DNA of 64,000 bases from an uncultured Acidobacteriaceae bacterium (GTDB lineage Bacteria; Acidobacteriota; Terriglobia; Terriglobales; Acidobacteriaceae). The position numbers were made by a program, and so were the translations under genes. The stretch is taken from assembly GCA_963759285.1 (NCBI GenBank), contig CAVWYS010000005.1, forward strand, positions 3,522 through 67,521. The letters run 5' to 3'. The notes beneath the pieces were generated by a model. The model made no database searches. It saw only the letters and a program-made list of their open reading frames with translations, and was not told where the DNA came from. The first letter of the stretch is position 1. The number at the start of each line of letters is the position of its first letter. Positions 9,031 to 20,172 of the stretch are shown here, in pieces.

Positions 9031-9429
9031 TCACTCGCCCGCGATCAATACCAGCGGCAAGGCATCCTCAGAAAGAAAGAAGTGGCCCGGGTAAAACTCA
9101 ACATGCAGGTGATTCCGCGTCTGACGAACTTTCTCTGCTTGCGCATCCACAAGCCATTCGATATTCGCTGAAAAGAGGTCTAGTTTCTCCCTTGCACCGC
9201 ATATAAACAGCTGCTGGTCCGCTTCCCATATCCTTAGCAAGTTCGGCTCAACCGTAATAACCAACTCTTTGAGGTAGCGAAGCCCACGCTCGTCGGTACG
9301 GGCTGGAACCAACAACGGGATGCGGCGAAGACTCTCACATCCCTTTATGACTCGGGCCAGTTCCATTAAATCTGTTCGAGTTCCTTCGACTTCAACACCG
9401 GAACTGTCAAAAAGAGCAAATAGCATCAC
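9031..9429 (-). CDS. Hypothetical protein, loosely resembling polymorphic-toxin immunity proteins
   Basis: 132-aa ORF, lower GC than neighbours, C-terminal HLHVEFYPGHFFL motif; family call is from memory only. Confidence 0.5.
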   Translation of the reverse strand: MMLFALFDSSGVEVEGTRTDLMELARVIKGCESLRRIPLLVPARTDERGLRYLKELVITVEPNLLRIWEADQQLFICGAREKLDLFSANIEWLVDAQAEKVRQTRNHLHVEFYPGHFFLSEDALPLVLIAGE

Positions 9430-9508
9430 ACGATCCTAGCAAGCGAAGCGCGCCGTTCTGGACTGTAGTGGCAAAACCGGAAGTAGCCAGAATTGCGACC
9501 GAAGCCGT

Positions 9509-10774
9509 CTAGAAGCCCCCCACCGACCTCTGCGCCGCGCGCACCCCACGCTTCCGCGTTCCCCGATTCTTAGCCCGGACTCTCGTCGTTGTTCGAGCCA
9601 TATGCCGTCGCGCAATCCCTCGCCTCATCCGCGCATCCGGCAACGGTGGCAGCCCCGCAAGCGCCAACAACCCATTATTCGAAGCCTTGAAAAGATTGAA
9701 CCCCGGCATCCATCCGCCGGGCCGTCCTTCCGTCATCGCCACAAACAATGCAGTATGGCTTGCAGGATGAATCGCAATATATGTCGTAAACCCCGCTCCG
9801 CCTCCAGTCTTCTCAATGATGTGCGAAACATCCTCGTTCCCGCCTACATGCATCCATCCCAGCCCGATCCCGCTCGGTCTCCCCGCGTGGTCCAACCCGT
9901 ACTGGCCTTTCAGGCTTGCAGGCTGCAGATACACGCCGAGCGCATTGTCACCCTTCGACTCTGTTCGCGTGCTCTCGCCCACCAGGTACCTCAAAAACTT
10001 CACCATATCCGCCGGCGTCGAATACAGCCCGCTGCTTCCCTCCGTATTCGCCGTGATGGTGCACGGTCCCTCCTCGTGCGCGCCCGTCATCAGCCGTTCA
10101 CACTGTTCGGAGTTCGGATAGAAAGTTGTGTTCCACATTCCCAGCGGCTTCAGCGTGCGCGTATCCAGCAGCGCGGCATACGGCGTATGCGAAGCCTCCG
10201 CCAGCGCATCGCTCAACAGATCGAACCCCACGTTGGAGTAGAACGCCTTCGTTCCCGGAGTGAACTTCAGTTGCTCGCTCGCAAGCCAGTGCCACCGCGT
10301 CTCGTAGTCGGGATAGGAAAAGTGCGGTGTCCGTCGCGGCGCCGTTCCAATCTCACGATCCAGTCCCGCCGTATGTGTCGCCAGATCCTCCAGCGTGATC
10401 GGCGCATCTTTCTCCGGCACAACCGCTCCCTCCGGCGCATATTTCTTCAGCGGATCGTCCAGACGAACCTTCCCATCAGCCACAAGCTTCGCCATCAGAT
10501 CCGCGGTAAAGATTTTCGTCAGCGAGCAGAGCCGAACCTCTGTATTCATCGTCGGAGCTTCGTGCGATCCCGGCACCGCTTCTCCGTAGCCCTTGAAATA
10601 CATCTGGTCGCCGCGCACCACCACCAGCACCAGCCCCGTGGCCCTCGAGTTCGCGTAGAGATCGGCGCCCAGCGTCTCCGCTTCTTTCAAATCGTGCAAG
10701 GTCATCACAGGCGCCGTCTGCGCCGCGACTGGCAGCAGACTCAACAGGAAAAGGAAAGCCATAACAAAGCGCAT
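9509..10774 (-). CDS. ampH: D-alanyl-D-alanine carboxypeptidase/endopeptidase, AmpH-like serine hydrolase
   Basis: SxxK (CSLTKIFT), YxN (FYSNVGFDLL), KTG (EKTGGGAGFTTY); signal peptide from ATG 10774; basic C-terminal tail. Confidence 0.8.
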   Translation of the reverse strand: MRFVMAFLFLLSLLPVAAQTAPVMTLHDLKEAETLGADLYANSRATGLVLVVVRGDQMYFKGYGEAVPGSHEAPTMNTEVRLCSLTKIFTADLMAKLVADGKVRLDDPLKKYAPEGAVVPEKDAPITLEDLATHTAGLDREIGTAPRRTPHFSYPDYETRWHWLASEQLKFTPGTKAFYSNVGFDLLSDALAEASHTPYAALLDTRTLKPLGMWNTTFYPNSEQCERLMTGAHEEGPCTITANTEGSSGLYSTPADMVKFLRYLVGESTRTESKGDNALGVYLQPASLKGQYGLDHAGRPSGIGLGWMHVGGNEDVSHIIEKTGGGAGFTTYIAIHPASHTALFVAMTEGRPGGWMPGFNLFKASNNGLLALAGLPPLPDARMRRGIARRHMARTTTRVRAKNRGTRKRGVRAAQRSVGGF

Positions 10775-10913
10775 TGTTTTTAGTGTAGGCCCGGCCCCCG
10801 ACCTGCCGTCCATATCCCAAAAGTCAGGTATCAAAACAGCAAATCGTGCCTGCCATCCCGCTGGATCCAGGACGGAAAGCACGATCTGCAGTGAATACTT
10901 TGTACTTGCGAAT

Positions 10914-12542
<1,629 letters not shown>

Positions 12543-12591
12543 TTATCTGGCGCAATTTCTGCCGTACCCGTCGCCGCACTTCGCGTCTTGA

Positions 12592-12617
12592 GAACTTTTT
12601 CCCGCAGCGCGGGTCTA
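12592..12617 (+). promoter_or_regulatory. Candidate ECF (sigmaE/AlgU-type) promoter
   Basis: GAACTT-N16-TCTA, ~50 nt upstream of ATG 12666. Confidence 0.5.
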
Positions 12618-12665
12618 TATAAGCAGGGGGATTACCGCCTGCATCACATCAGAGGGGGATTTCGG

Positions 12666-13595
12666 ATGAATCGGCCGATTCTTGCATGTGCATTCTTCGC
12701 GTTGGCAACCACAGCCCTCGTGGCTCAGCAATCAAGTCAGACCAATCCCTACGAGGGAACCTCCAATCCGCCTCCTGACGACACCATTACCACCAGTGAG
12801 CAGCCTGTTCCCATCCCCAAGCCGCCCGCAGGCCACCCCATGCAGCAGGCGCCTGCAACTCAGCTGGCTCCGCAGGCCATGAACGGGTCAAACACTGGTC
12901 CCGTGCCCCAAACTTATGGCGACGCCACTGATGAGGGCATTGTCGGAGTCGCGCCTTCAGCTCCGGGATTGGTATCGCGCGCCGCGTCCACTGATCCTGA
13001 TGGCGATATTGTCCATCCCGCACCGCTTCCTCCGGGAACGCTGGGAGAGGGCACCCTCATCCGGGTACAGCTAATCAGCGAAATCTCAAGCGCATTGTCT
13101 GAACAGGGCGAGCCTTTCCGCAGCCGCGTGGCAACCGATGTACTGCAGGACGGCCGAGTCGTGATCCCCGCTGGCGCCGAGATCGACGGCAAAGTCGCCC
13201 AGGTCTCCACCGGCCACTTCGCCGGACACGGTTCCCTCCTTCTCGAGCCGGAGACCGTCACCCTTGAAAACGGCAGCAGATATCAACTTCATGCCATGGT
13301 CTCCTCCACTCCCGGCTCCAACCTCAAGGTCGGATCAGAAGGCGTCCTCACACCCGGCGCGCGCCTGAAAAAAGATGGCTATGAATACGCTGGGGTAGGC
13401 GGCGGCGGCATGATCGTTGGCGCTGCTCTCGGCGGCCCCGTTGGCATGCTCGCCGGCGGCATCATCGGAGCAGGCGTAGTGACCACGCACCTCCTCGTCA
13501 ACCATCCCCAGGCTAACCTTCAAACCGGATCCTACCTGATGCTCACCGTCACCGAGCAGGTGCGGCTCGTACCTGAAGGATCCCAGGGCAATTGA
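12666..13595 (+). CDS. Exported protein with a Pro/Gln-rich linker and a TrbI/VirB10-like C-terminal beta domain
   Basis: Signal peptide MNRPILACAFFALATTALVAQ; GTLIRVQL...GEPFRSRVATDV...IPAGAEIDGKV; glycine-zipper-like GGGGMIVGAALGGPVG. Confidence 0.6.
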   Translation: MNRPILACAFFALATTALVAQQSSQTNPYEGTSNPPPDDTITTSEQPVPIPKPPAGHPMQQAPATQLAPQAMNGSNTGPVPQTYGDATDEGIVGVAPSAPGLVSRAASTDPDGDIVHPAPLPPGTLGEGTLIRVQLISEISSALSEQGEPFRSRVATDVLQDGRVVIPAGAEIDGKVAQVSTGHFAGHGSLLLEPETVTLENGSRYQLHAMVSSTPGSNLKVGSEGVLTPGARLKKDGYEYAGVGGGGMIVGAALGGPVGMLAGGIIGAGVVTTHLLVNHPQANLQTGSYLMLTVTEQVRLVPEGSQGN

Positions 13596-13723
13596 TTTTT
13601 CAGATCTGGTCGGGTAACTCTGCGGCGCGGCTTCGGTCGCGCCGCTCTGATTGAGCCCCAAGCAGCAAAACTGGTCGCATCAATCGCCCTTCGAATCGCA
13701 GCCCCTGAAACATACCGACGCCA

Positions 13724-15658
13724 CTACCCTCCGCTTTCGGTTCCCAGTTTCGACTCCAGAGGCAGCCACATCGAGAACGTGGTTCCGCTGCGCTCGGCCG
13801 ACCGCTGGCTGCGCACACAGATCGTTGCCCGGTGCTTTCTTAGAATCTCCCGGCTCACCCAGAGTCCCAACCCAGTTCCGTTGTCGCCCTTCGTCGTAAA
13901 GAACGGTTCAAATAGTCGCTGCCGCGTGGTCTTGTCCATTCCAGCCCCGCTGTCGGCAATGGTCACCCGCACGCCCCGTTCTCTGCTCTGCGGATGTCGC
14001 GCATCCCGCGTCCGCATCACAACCCTGCCGCCCCGTTTCGATGCGTCAAACGAGTTGCCGATCAGGTTCGCGAACACTTGCCGCAACTCCGGACCAAAAC
14101 AAAAAACACTCTCCGCGTCCCGGTAATCGCGAAGAATCTCGATCCCTGCATCCCTCATGCGGGCCTGGTAAATTGCAACCGAACCCTCCAGCAACTCCGA
14201 TACCTTCTCTCGTGACGCCCCATCCGTCTGGCGATTGAACCGCAGCGTATGCGTGACAATATGAGACACGCGCGCCAGCTCCTGCTGCGCCGCCTCCCCA
14301 AACGCCCTCACCATTTCCTCATTTGAGTTCTCTTTGATCAGGTACAGGAGGTTCGTCACTGCCTCGAGCGGGTTGTTGATCTCGTGCGAGATTGTCGCAG
14401 CGAGACGGCCAACGACCGCGAGCTTCTCGCTCCGAATCAGTGCCTCGCGCGTCTGCTTCAACGCGGTCACGTCCTGCGTCACGCCGTCAAAGCGGATCGC
14501 CTGCCCAGCCGCGTCGTAAGCCGTGCGTCCCGTCGCCCTGATCCACTTCTGCTTCCCTTCCTTCGAAACTGTGCGGTACTCGATATCGTATTGCGTATGG
14601 TTCGCAATCGACTCCTCAATGGCCCACCGTGTGCGCTCGCGATCCTCCGGATGCAGCATCTCGTAAAAAAGCCGAATGTCCACATCCGCATTCGCAGGCA
14701 GCCAGAAATGCTCCTTCACACGCTCGTCCCAGAAGAGCTTGTCGAAAGGCAGGTCGCAAAACCAGTAGCCAATGTCGCCCGCATCCGCCGCAAATTCAAA
14801 TCGATCTCGCTGTTCACGCGCGATGCTTTCGGCTGCCCTGGCCTCTGTAATATCCAGCACCACTCCCACCAGCTGTGAACCTTTCCCCACGCGCCGGCCC
14901 TTGCTATAGAGCACCCTCTCCCCCCGCTCCGGGTGATTGTATCGGTACTCAATCTCCATGCTGCCGGTCCGCAGCGAATTCTTCATCATTCGACTGACGT
15001 TCACCCAGTCAGCCGGATGTACCCGCGATGACCATGTCTGGACTACCGCGTCCTCATCCATCTCCTCGCTTGTTCCGAACACACGATGCAGTTCCCGGGA
15101 CAGAGCGCGTGTATTTGCTTCCCCGTCCCATTCCCATGTACCGATCTGCGCTGCTTCATGTGCCAGGATCAGTCGCTCTTTGCTGGCTTCAAGCGCCCGG
15201 CGTCCCTCCACGCGTTCCGTGCGATCCACAGCATGAATAAAGATGCCGTCGAGTCCGCCGCCTGCGTCCAGCACCGGCTTGCAAACAAAGTCGAAATACC
15301 GGTCCCTGAGCTCGCCGCTTTCATATTGCAGAAAGGGAATCTTGACTTCGCGTCCGCAGAACTCCTGCCCGGTCGCCACCACCCCGTCAAGGATCTCGAA
15401 GATACCTGTCCCTTCCAGTTCCGGAAGTCCCTCTCGAAAAGTGCATCCCAGAAGCTGTTCTTCCGAGTTTCGCCCCGCGACGCGTACGGCGAGGTCGTTC
15501 ACATAGGAGCAGCGCAGCTCCGGTCCACTCAGAAAGGCGATCGCCGCCGGTGCGGACTTCAGCAATTCTTCAAACTGCGGCTGCCTCAGGCGCGGAACGG
15601 CTGGCACCGGTCTGCAGGGTCTCTCTTGGCCGTGCGCCTTACCTGGAATGGTTGCCAT
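13724..15658 (-). CDS. Cytoplasmic multi-PAS sensor histidine kinase
   Basis: Three PAS-like repeats (HPADW, HPEDRERT); H-box ISHEINNPLEAV; N-box RQVFANLIGNS; DSGAGM; LFEPFFTTK; GTGLGL. Confidence 0.92.
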   Translation of the reverse strand: MATIPGKAHGQERPCRPVPAVPRLRQPQFEELLKSAPAAIAFLSGPELRCSYVNDLAVRVAGRNSEEQLLGCTFREGLPELEGTGIFEILDGVVATGQEFCGREVKIPFLQYESGELRDRYFDFVCKPVLDAGGGLDGIFIHAVDRTERVEGRRALEASKERLILAHEAAQIGTWEWDGEANTRALSRELHRVFGTSEEMDEDAVVQTWSSRVHPADWVNVSRMMKNSLRTGSMEIEYRYNHPERGERVLYSKGRRVGKGSQLVGVVLDITEARAAESIAREQRDRFEFAADAGDIGYWFCDLPFDKLFWDERVKEHFWLPANADVDIRLFYEMLHPEDRERTRWAIEESIANHTQYDIEYRTVSKEGKQKWIRATGRTAYDAAGQAIRFDGVTQDVTALKQTREALIRSEKLAVVGRLAATISHEINNPLEAVTNLLYLIKENSNEEMVRAFGEAAQQELARVSHIVTHTLRFNRQTDGASREKVSELLEGSVAIYQARMRDAGIEILRDYRDAESVFCFGPELRQVFANLIGNSFDASKRGGRVVMRTRDARHPQSRERGVRVTIADSGAGMDKTTRQRLFEPFFTTKGDNGTGLGLWVSREILRKHRATICVRSQRSAERSGTTFSMWLPLESKLGTESGG

Positions 15659-15894
15659 CTCGTTCAGCTCTCATCGTTCTATACCGGCAAAGCGCAAAGA
15701 CTTACGCGCTCGCTTGCAATTGGCCTCTCCGGATTTCTTCAGAGAAAGGCGCCGCCAACTTTTATCCCCGTATGCACACTCTGAGTAAGAGCTAAGATGA
15801 GCCCCGCCGCGACAGGGTTGCTCCCCCCAAACTTGACCCGGCACAACGCGAGGGTCAACTGCTAAACTCCCATCTGCCTGGGAGGACTGCGCAC

Positions 15895-16752
15895 GTGGCA
15901 GATAAATACGCGATCGTCGTCGTCGGAGCAGGAACTATGGGCTCGGGGATTGCCCATGTTTTTGCCGGGTCCGGCTTTCAAGTCACGCTTTGCGACGTTG
16001 AGCAGCGATTTCTCGACCGAGCCCTCGCCTCCATCCGCACCAACCTCGGTCGCGAGGCCGCTAAAGGCAAGCTCCCTGCATCCGAAATCGAGCCAACCCT
16101 CAACCGCATCCGCACCACCGTCAACATGGAATCCCTCTCCGGCGCAGAGATCGCCGTTGAAGCCGCCCCGGAACGCCTCGATCTGAAATCCGAAATCTTT
16201 CGAGCTCTCGACCGCATCCTGCCCGCGCATGCAATCCTCGCCACAAACACCTCGTCGATCTCGATCACGAAAATGGCCGCGCTCACCCGTCGCCCCGCGC
16301 AAGTCATCGGCATGCACTTCTTCAATCCTGTCCCCGTCATGGCTCTCGTCGAAGTAGTCCGCGGCATGGCAACCAGTGACGCCACCTTCGCCGCGGTCCG
16401 CGACCTCGCCGTAAAACTCGGCAAGACGCCCGTCGAGGTCAATGATGCCCCAGGCTTTGTATCCAACCGCGTCCTGATGCCCCTGATCAACGAAGCCGCC
16501 TACGCCGTCATGGAAGGCGTCGCCACCCCTGAAGCCATCGACCAGGTCTTTAAGCTCGGCATGGCGCACCCCATGGGCCCCCTCACCCTCGCCGACTTCA
16601 TCGGCATCGATGTCTGCGTCGATATTCTGCGCGTCCTCCAGGATGGCTTCGGCGACCCCAAATACCGCCCCTGTCCGCTCCTCGTCCGCATGGTCGACGC
16701 CGGATGGCTCGGCCGCAAATCGGGCCGCGGCTTCTTCACCTACGCCAAATAG
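15895..16752 (+). CDS. hbd: 3-hydroxybutyryl-CoA / 3-hydroxyacyl-CoA dehydrogenase
   Basis: VVGAGTMGSGIA, VEAAPE, LATNTSSISIT, GMHFFNPVPVM, PGFVSNR, HPMGPLTLADFIGIDV, GWLGRKSGRGF. Confidence 0.93.
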   Translation: MADKYAIVVVGAGTMGSGIAHVFAGSGFQVTLCDVEQRFLDRALASIRTNLGREAAKGKLPASEIEPTLNRIRTTVNMESLSGAEIAVEAAPERLDLKSEIFRALDRILPAHAILATNTSSISITKMAALTRRPAQVIGMHFFNPVPVMALVEVVRGMATSDATFAAVRDLAVKLGKTPVEVNDAPGFVSNRVLMPLINEAAYAVMEGVATPEAIDQVFKLGMAHPMGPLTLADFIGIDVCVDILRVLQDGFGDPKYRPCPLLVRMVDAGWLGRKSGRGFFTYAK

Positions 16753-16800
16753 CAATGACGACTCCCGACCAACTCGCCTCGGCACTGCCCTTCCTGCTCA

Positions 16801-17023
16801 GCACCGTCATCTCAAATAACACTGTCATCTCAATCAGCACTGTCATTCCGAGCGACCAACGGGAGCCGAGGAACCTGCAGTTGCTCTTCGCCTCACTGCC
16901 ACACCCTCTGGGTGCCCCATCCATTCGGATGCTTTTGCCGAATGGGTGGGAAACCACGAGCCTAACCATCTCCACTGTCATTCCGAGCGACCAACGGGAG
17001 CCGAGGAACCTGCAGTTGCTCTT
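16801..17023 (+). repeat. BIME-like composite: two 18-bp stutter units, REP-G (16838-16888), REP-P (16910-16958), identical REP-G (16973-17023)
   Basis: Two identical 51-bp copies of CACTGTCATTCCGAGCGACCAACGGGAGCCGAGGAACCTGCAGTTGCTCTT flank GGTGCCCCATCCATTCGG-ATGCTTTTG-CCGAATGGGTGGGA. Confidence 0.9.
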
Positions 17024-17090
17024 TTAGCGCAGCATCAAACACGTTGAACCAGCATTCGACTTTCGCACCACCCTCACAAGGAGATTCAAC

Positions 17091-18236
17091 ATGCGCGCGA
17101 CCAATAAAATGGCAACACCTTGCATTCACCTTGCCCTCTTCGCATGTTTGCTCGCATCTCCCGGATCGGCCCAAACTCCCTCACCGCAGCAATCTCCGCG
17201 CCCCGCCTTCCCCATCCGCGATACCCACACCCCCGGCTACGTCTCCGCCACCCAGCTTCCCGACGGAGCCGTTCCTTCGCCCTCTGCCGACGGCAACTTC
17301 ATCATCGGCCCCACTCATCCCCCCGCGCCTGAAACCACCACGCCCGAACTCACCAACGGCTCCGTCGTCGAATTCACCATGAACTCCGCCGACAGCAAGT
17401 ACTACCCCGGCATCGCCCGCGACAAAGGCACCTTCGGCACTCCCGACCCCACCGACCCCGCCAGGCTCATCATCACCACGAGCCACCCGGCCCCCTACAC
17501 CCGCAAAGTCGCTGTGTATGTCCCCAGGGAATACGTCCCCGGCAGCGAAGCCCCTTTCATCGTCGGAGCCGACGGCCCCGACCGCATGCTCTTCACCGCA
17601 CTCGACAGCCTCATCGCCGAACACAAGCTCCCCGTCATGATCGCTATCTCCATCGGCAATGGCAGCGGCGATGCCCAGGGTAGCGAACGCGGCCTCGAAT
17701 ACGACACCATGTCCGGCAAGTACGCCGAGTTCGTCGAAAACGAGGTCCTGCCCCGCGTCGAATCCGAGGCCCACGTCAAGGTCACCCACAATCCCGATGG
17801 CCGTGCCACCATGGGCGGCAGCTCCGGTGGATCCTGCGCGCTCATCATGGCCTGGTACCACCCCGAGCTCTATCACCGCGTCCTCACCTACTCCGGAACC
17901 TACGTCAACCAGCAATGGCCCTACGACGCGAACACTCCCCATGGCGCATGGGAATTCCACGAACACCTGATTCCCCAAAGCAAACGCAAGCCGATCCGCC
18001 TCTGGATGGAAGTCGGCGATCGCGATCTCTACAATCCCAACGTCATGCGCGACAACATGCACGACTGGGTCGAAGCCAACGAGCGCATGGCCAAAGTGCT
18101 CGCCGCAAAAAAGTATCACTACCAGTTCGTCTTCGCTGAGAACGCGGGCCACGTCGATCACGCCGTCAAAGCCCAGACCCTCCCCGAAGCCCTCGAATAC
18201 CTCTGGCAAGACTACAAACCTCTGCACAAGAATTGA
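17091..18236 (+). CDS. Exported esterase, enterochelin-esterase-like alpha/beta hydrolase
   Basis: Signal peptide; VAVYVP; RGLEYDTMS; GGSSGG nucleophile elbow; ENAGHVD. Confidence 0.8.
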   Translation: MRATNKMATPCIHLALFACLLASPGSAQTPSPQQSPRPAFPIRDTHTPGYVSATQLPDGAVPSPSADGNFIIGPTHPPAPETTTPELTNGSVVEFTMNSADSKYYPGIARDKGTFGTPDPTDPARLIITTSHPAPYTRKVAVYVPREYVPGSEAPFIVGADGPDRMLFTALDSLIAEHKLPVMIAISIGNGSGDAQGSERGLEYDTMSGKYAEFVENEVLPRVESEAHVKVTHNPDGRATMGGSSGGSCALIMAWYHPELYHRVLTYSGTYVNQQWPYDANTPHGAWEFHEHLIPQSKRKPIRLWMEVGDRDLYNPNVMRDNMHDWVEANERMAKVLAAKKYHYQFVFAENAGHVDHAVKAQTLPEALEYLWQDYKPLHKN

Positions 18237-18394
18237 TCGCCCCGCGCAAACATAGTGTGAGCAGTGTGCAGGCTCGTGGAATCATGCGCAAAAAGAGAAA
18301 AGGCTTTGAACGCGACCGGATGCATCCTTGACGCACTCAACAGGCGAATAGCGCGAACAGAATACCGGCATCACTTAGCGCCGATCCTGATCCC

Positions 18395-19471
18395 ATGCAA
18401 TTTGTCCTGCTCATCTTCGCCGCTCTGACGATCGCTGGAGCCTATGCCGGCTGGCGAAAAAGTCCGCTCTATTCGCTTAAGGCCACTCTCAAACTCTTCG
18501 GTGCGTTTCTGCTCATCGTTGTTGTGGTAGTCGCCGTATCTCAGTTACTCCTCAACAGCAAAATCTTCCAATCGCAGATCGCACAGGGAATCGCGGCCTT
18601 CCTGTTCATCATTGTGGTCGGCAGCATCTCCAGCATTCTCATCGTTCGCATCACAGACTCCCATGTTGCCCAGCTGCCCCCATCAGCCAAGCTTGTCAGC
18701 TTCAATCGACACAAGGTCTACCGCTGGATCTGGCGCCTGGTAATCTTCCTGCTCATCAATGCAGCCGCTGCCCTCATCTTGCCCGCTTCCTTCACTTGGC
18801 TGCCCACCGGTCTCGGAGGATTCGTCCTCCTCCTGTGCGGTCCCATGTTATCCATCGGCTATATGATGGCGCGCCGAAACGATCGCGGCATGACCGCTGT
18901 CCTCGCCAACCCCTGGACGCATTGGCAATATTCCCCGGAGACATGGACGCGCTGGGCCCAGAACCAGCGCGACTGGGAAAAATCGCAGGAAGCGCCATTG
19001 CGCTGGAAACGTATGCCGCTTTTTGTCCTCTTTTGTGCCGGTCTTTTCTCGCTCGGCGCCCTCTTCTCCGGAGGGAGTTTCCAGGAAAACCTGTATATCA
19101 TCGCCGCACTCACTGCCTTCGTACTGACCATCCTGCTCGTGGCTTTCTGGTTTCAGCACACAAATTTCGATCGCCGCTATCGACGGCTACTCACCGCGGC
19201 GCCTGAGGCTTGGTTCGGAGATGAAGGCCTGTTCTGCAATGGCGCCTATATGCCCTGGAATCTCTCAGGAAGATATCTGCTTAAAGCCACCGTTGCCAAT
19301 GACTCGCCCGCGCACCTGACCCTGCTTTTCCAATCCTTCAACGGAACTGCCGCCGCATTGGTTACCCAGCGAATCCCCATTCCCCCAGAGCACATCTCCG
19401 ATCTGCCACTCCTCCAACAGAAGCTCAAATCCTATTGCCCCACCGCCTCTGTCAGCCTGGTTACGAAATAG
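18395..19471 (+). CDS. Hypothetical multi-pass membrane protein
   Basis: 358-aa ORF with about 7 hydrophobic segments and coding-like codon usage. Confidence 0.7.
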   Translation: MQFVLLIFAALTIAGAYAGWRKSPLYSLKATLKLFGAFLLIVVVVVAVSQLLLNSKIFQSQIAQGIAAFLFIIVVGSISSILIVRITDSHVAQLPPSAKLVSFNRHKVYRWIWRLVIFLLINAAAALILPASFTWLPTGLGGFVLLLCGPMLSIGYMMARRNDRGMTAVLANPWTHWQYSPETWTRWAQNQRDWEKSQEAPLRWKRMPLFVLFCAGLFSLGALFSGGSFQENLYIIAALTAFVLTILLVAFWFQHTNFDRRYRRLLTAAPEAWFGDEGLFCNGAYMPWNLSGRYLLKATVANDSPAHLTLLFQSFNGTAAALVTQRIPIPPEHISDLPLLQQKLKSYCPTASVSLVTK

Positions 19472-19621
19472 CGGAAATCGTCGCCTCGACAACCTTCGTG
19501 GATGACGCCATTCCCCGTCACCTGGTCGCTTCCTGATTGCTCCACGGAACGAACCAGGACTTTTCTTCCCCTCATGAAGCGTCCTCCTTCGCATTGGCGC
19601 GTACATTGCAGGAGATTTCTC

Positions 19622-20134
19622 ATGCGCCCACACTTCGCCCATCGACTTGTCTGCTCCCTCGCTGCTCTCACCGTACTTGTGACTTCCTGTCCACTCATGC
19701 ACGCTCAGACTCCTGGAACCAGATATCAAGATCCTCATGGCCGCTACTCGCTCAATGTGCCGAACGGATGGACTGCTGAACCGCAGGCGGATTCCGGCGT
19801 ACTCCAGGTATCTTACGGACCCAATTGGGCGATGCTCCTCGCAGGCGGCGGCTCAGTTCCAGGCGACGTCAATCATCAGGTCACCCAGCAGATCGAGGCT
19901 CAGTTCAAGGATTTCAAATTGCTCAATGAAGGCGACCTCCAGATCAATGGCCGTCCTTCCCACGGCACCACCGCAACTGGAATTAACCCCAAGGGCGAGC
20001 GCGTCTCCGTCCTGGTGCTAAGCATCAATGCCGGCAGCGGACACTTCCTCACTATCATCTCGTCTTCCCCTAACGATCAGGCAAAGCAAGTCAATGCCAC
20101 GATTATGCAGATGGCTAGGAGCATCCAGTTCTAA
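19622..20134 (+). CDS. Exported PsbP/DcrB-like hypothetical protein
   Basis: RBS AGGAG before ATG 19622; signal peptide; YQDPHGRYSLNVPNGW ... LQINGRP. Confidence 0.6.
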   Translation: MRPHFAHRLVCSLAALTVLVTSCPLMHAQTPGTRYQDPHGRYSLNVPNGWTAEPQADSGVLQVSYGPNWAMLLAGGGSVPGDVNHQVTQQIEAQFKDFKLLNEGDLQINGRPSHGTTATGINPKGERVSVLVLSINAGSGHFLTIISSSPNDQAKQVNATIMQMARSIQF

Positions 20135-20172
20135 AGGAAGCGATGAAGTCCCTTCGATCAAAGCTTTCAGAT

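Noticed and set aside
12666-13595. VirB10-like domain as evidence of a type IV secretion or conjugation locus
   Set aside because: No VirB4, VirB11, VirD4 or relaxase genes in the window
15833-15858. TTGACCC-N12-GGGTCAA inverted repeat upstream of hbd
   Set aside because: Only 7-bp arms, single occurrence and no cognate regulator; could easily be chance
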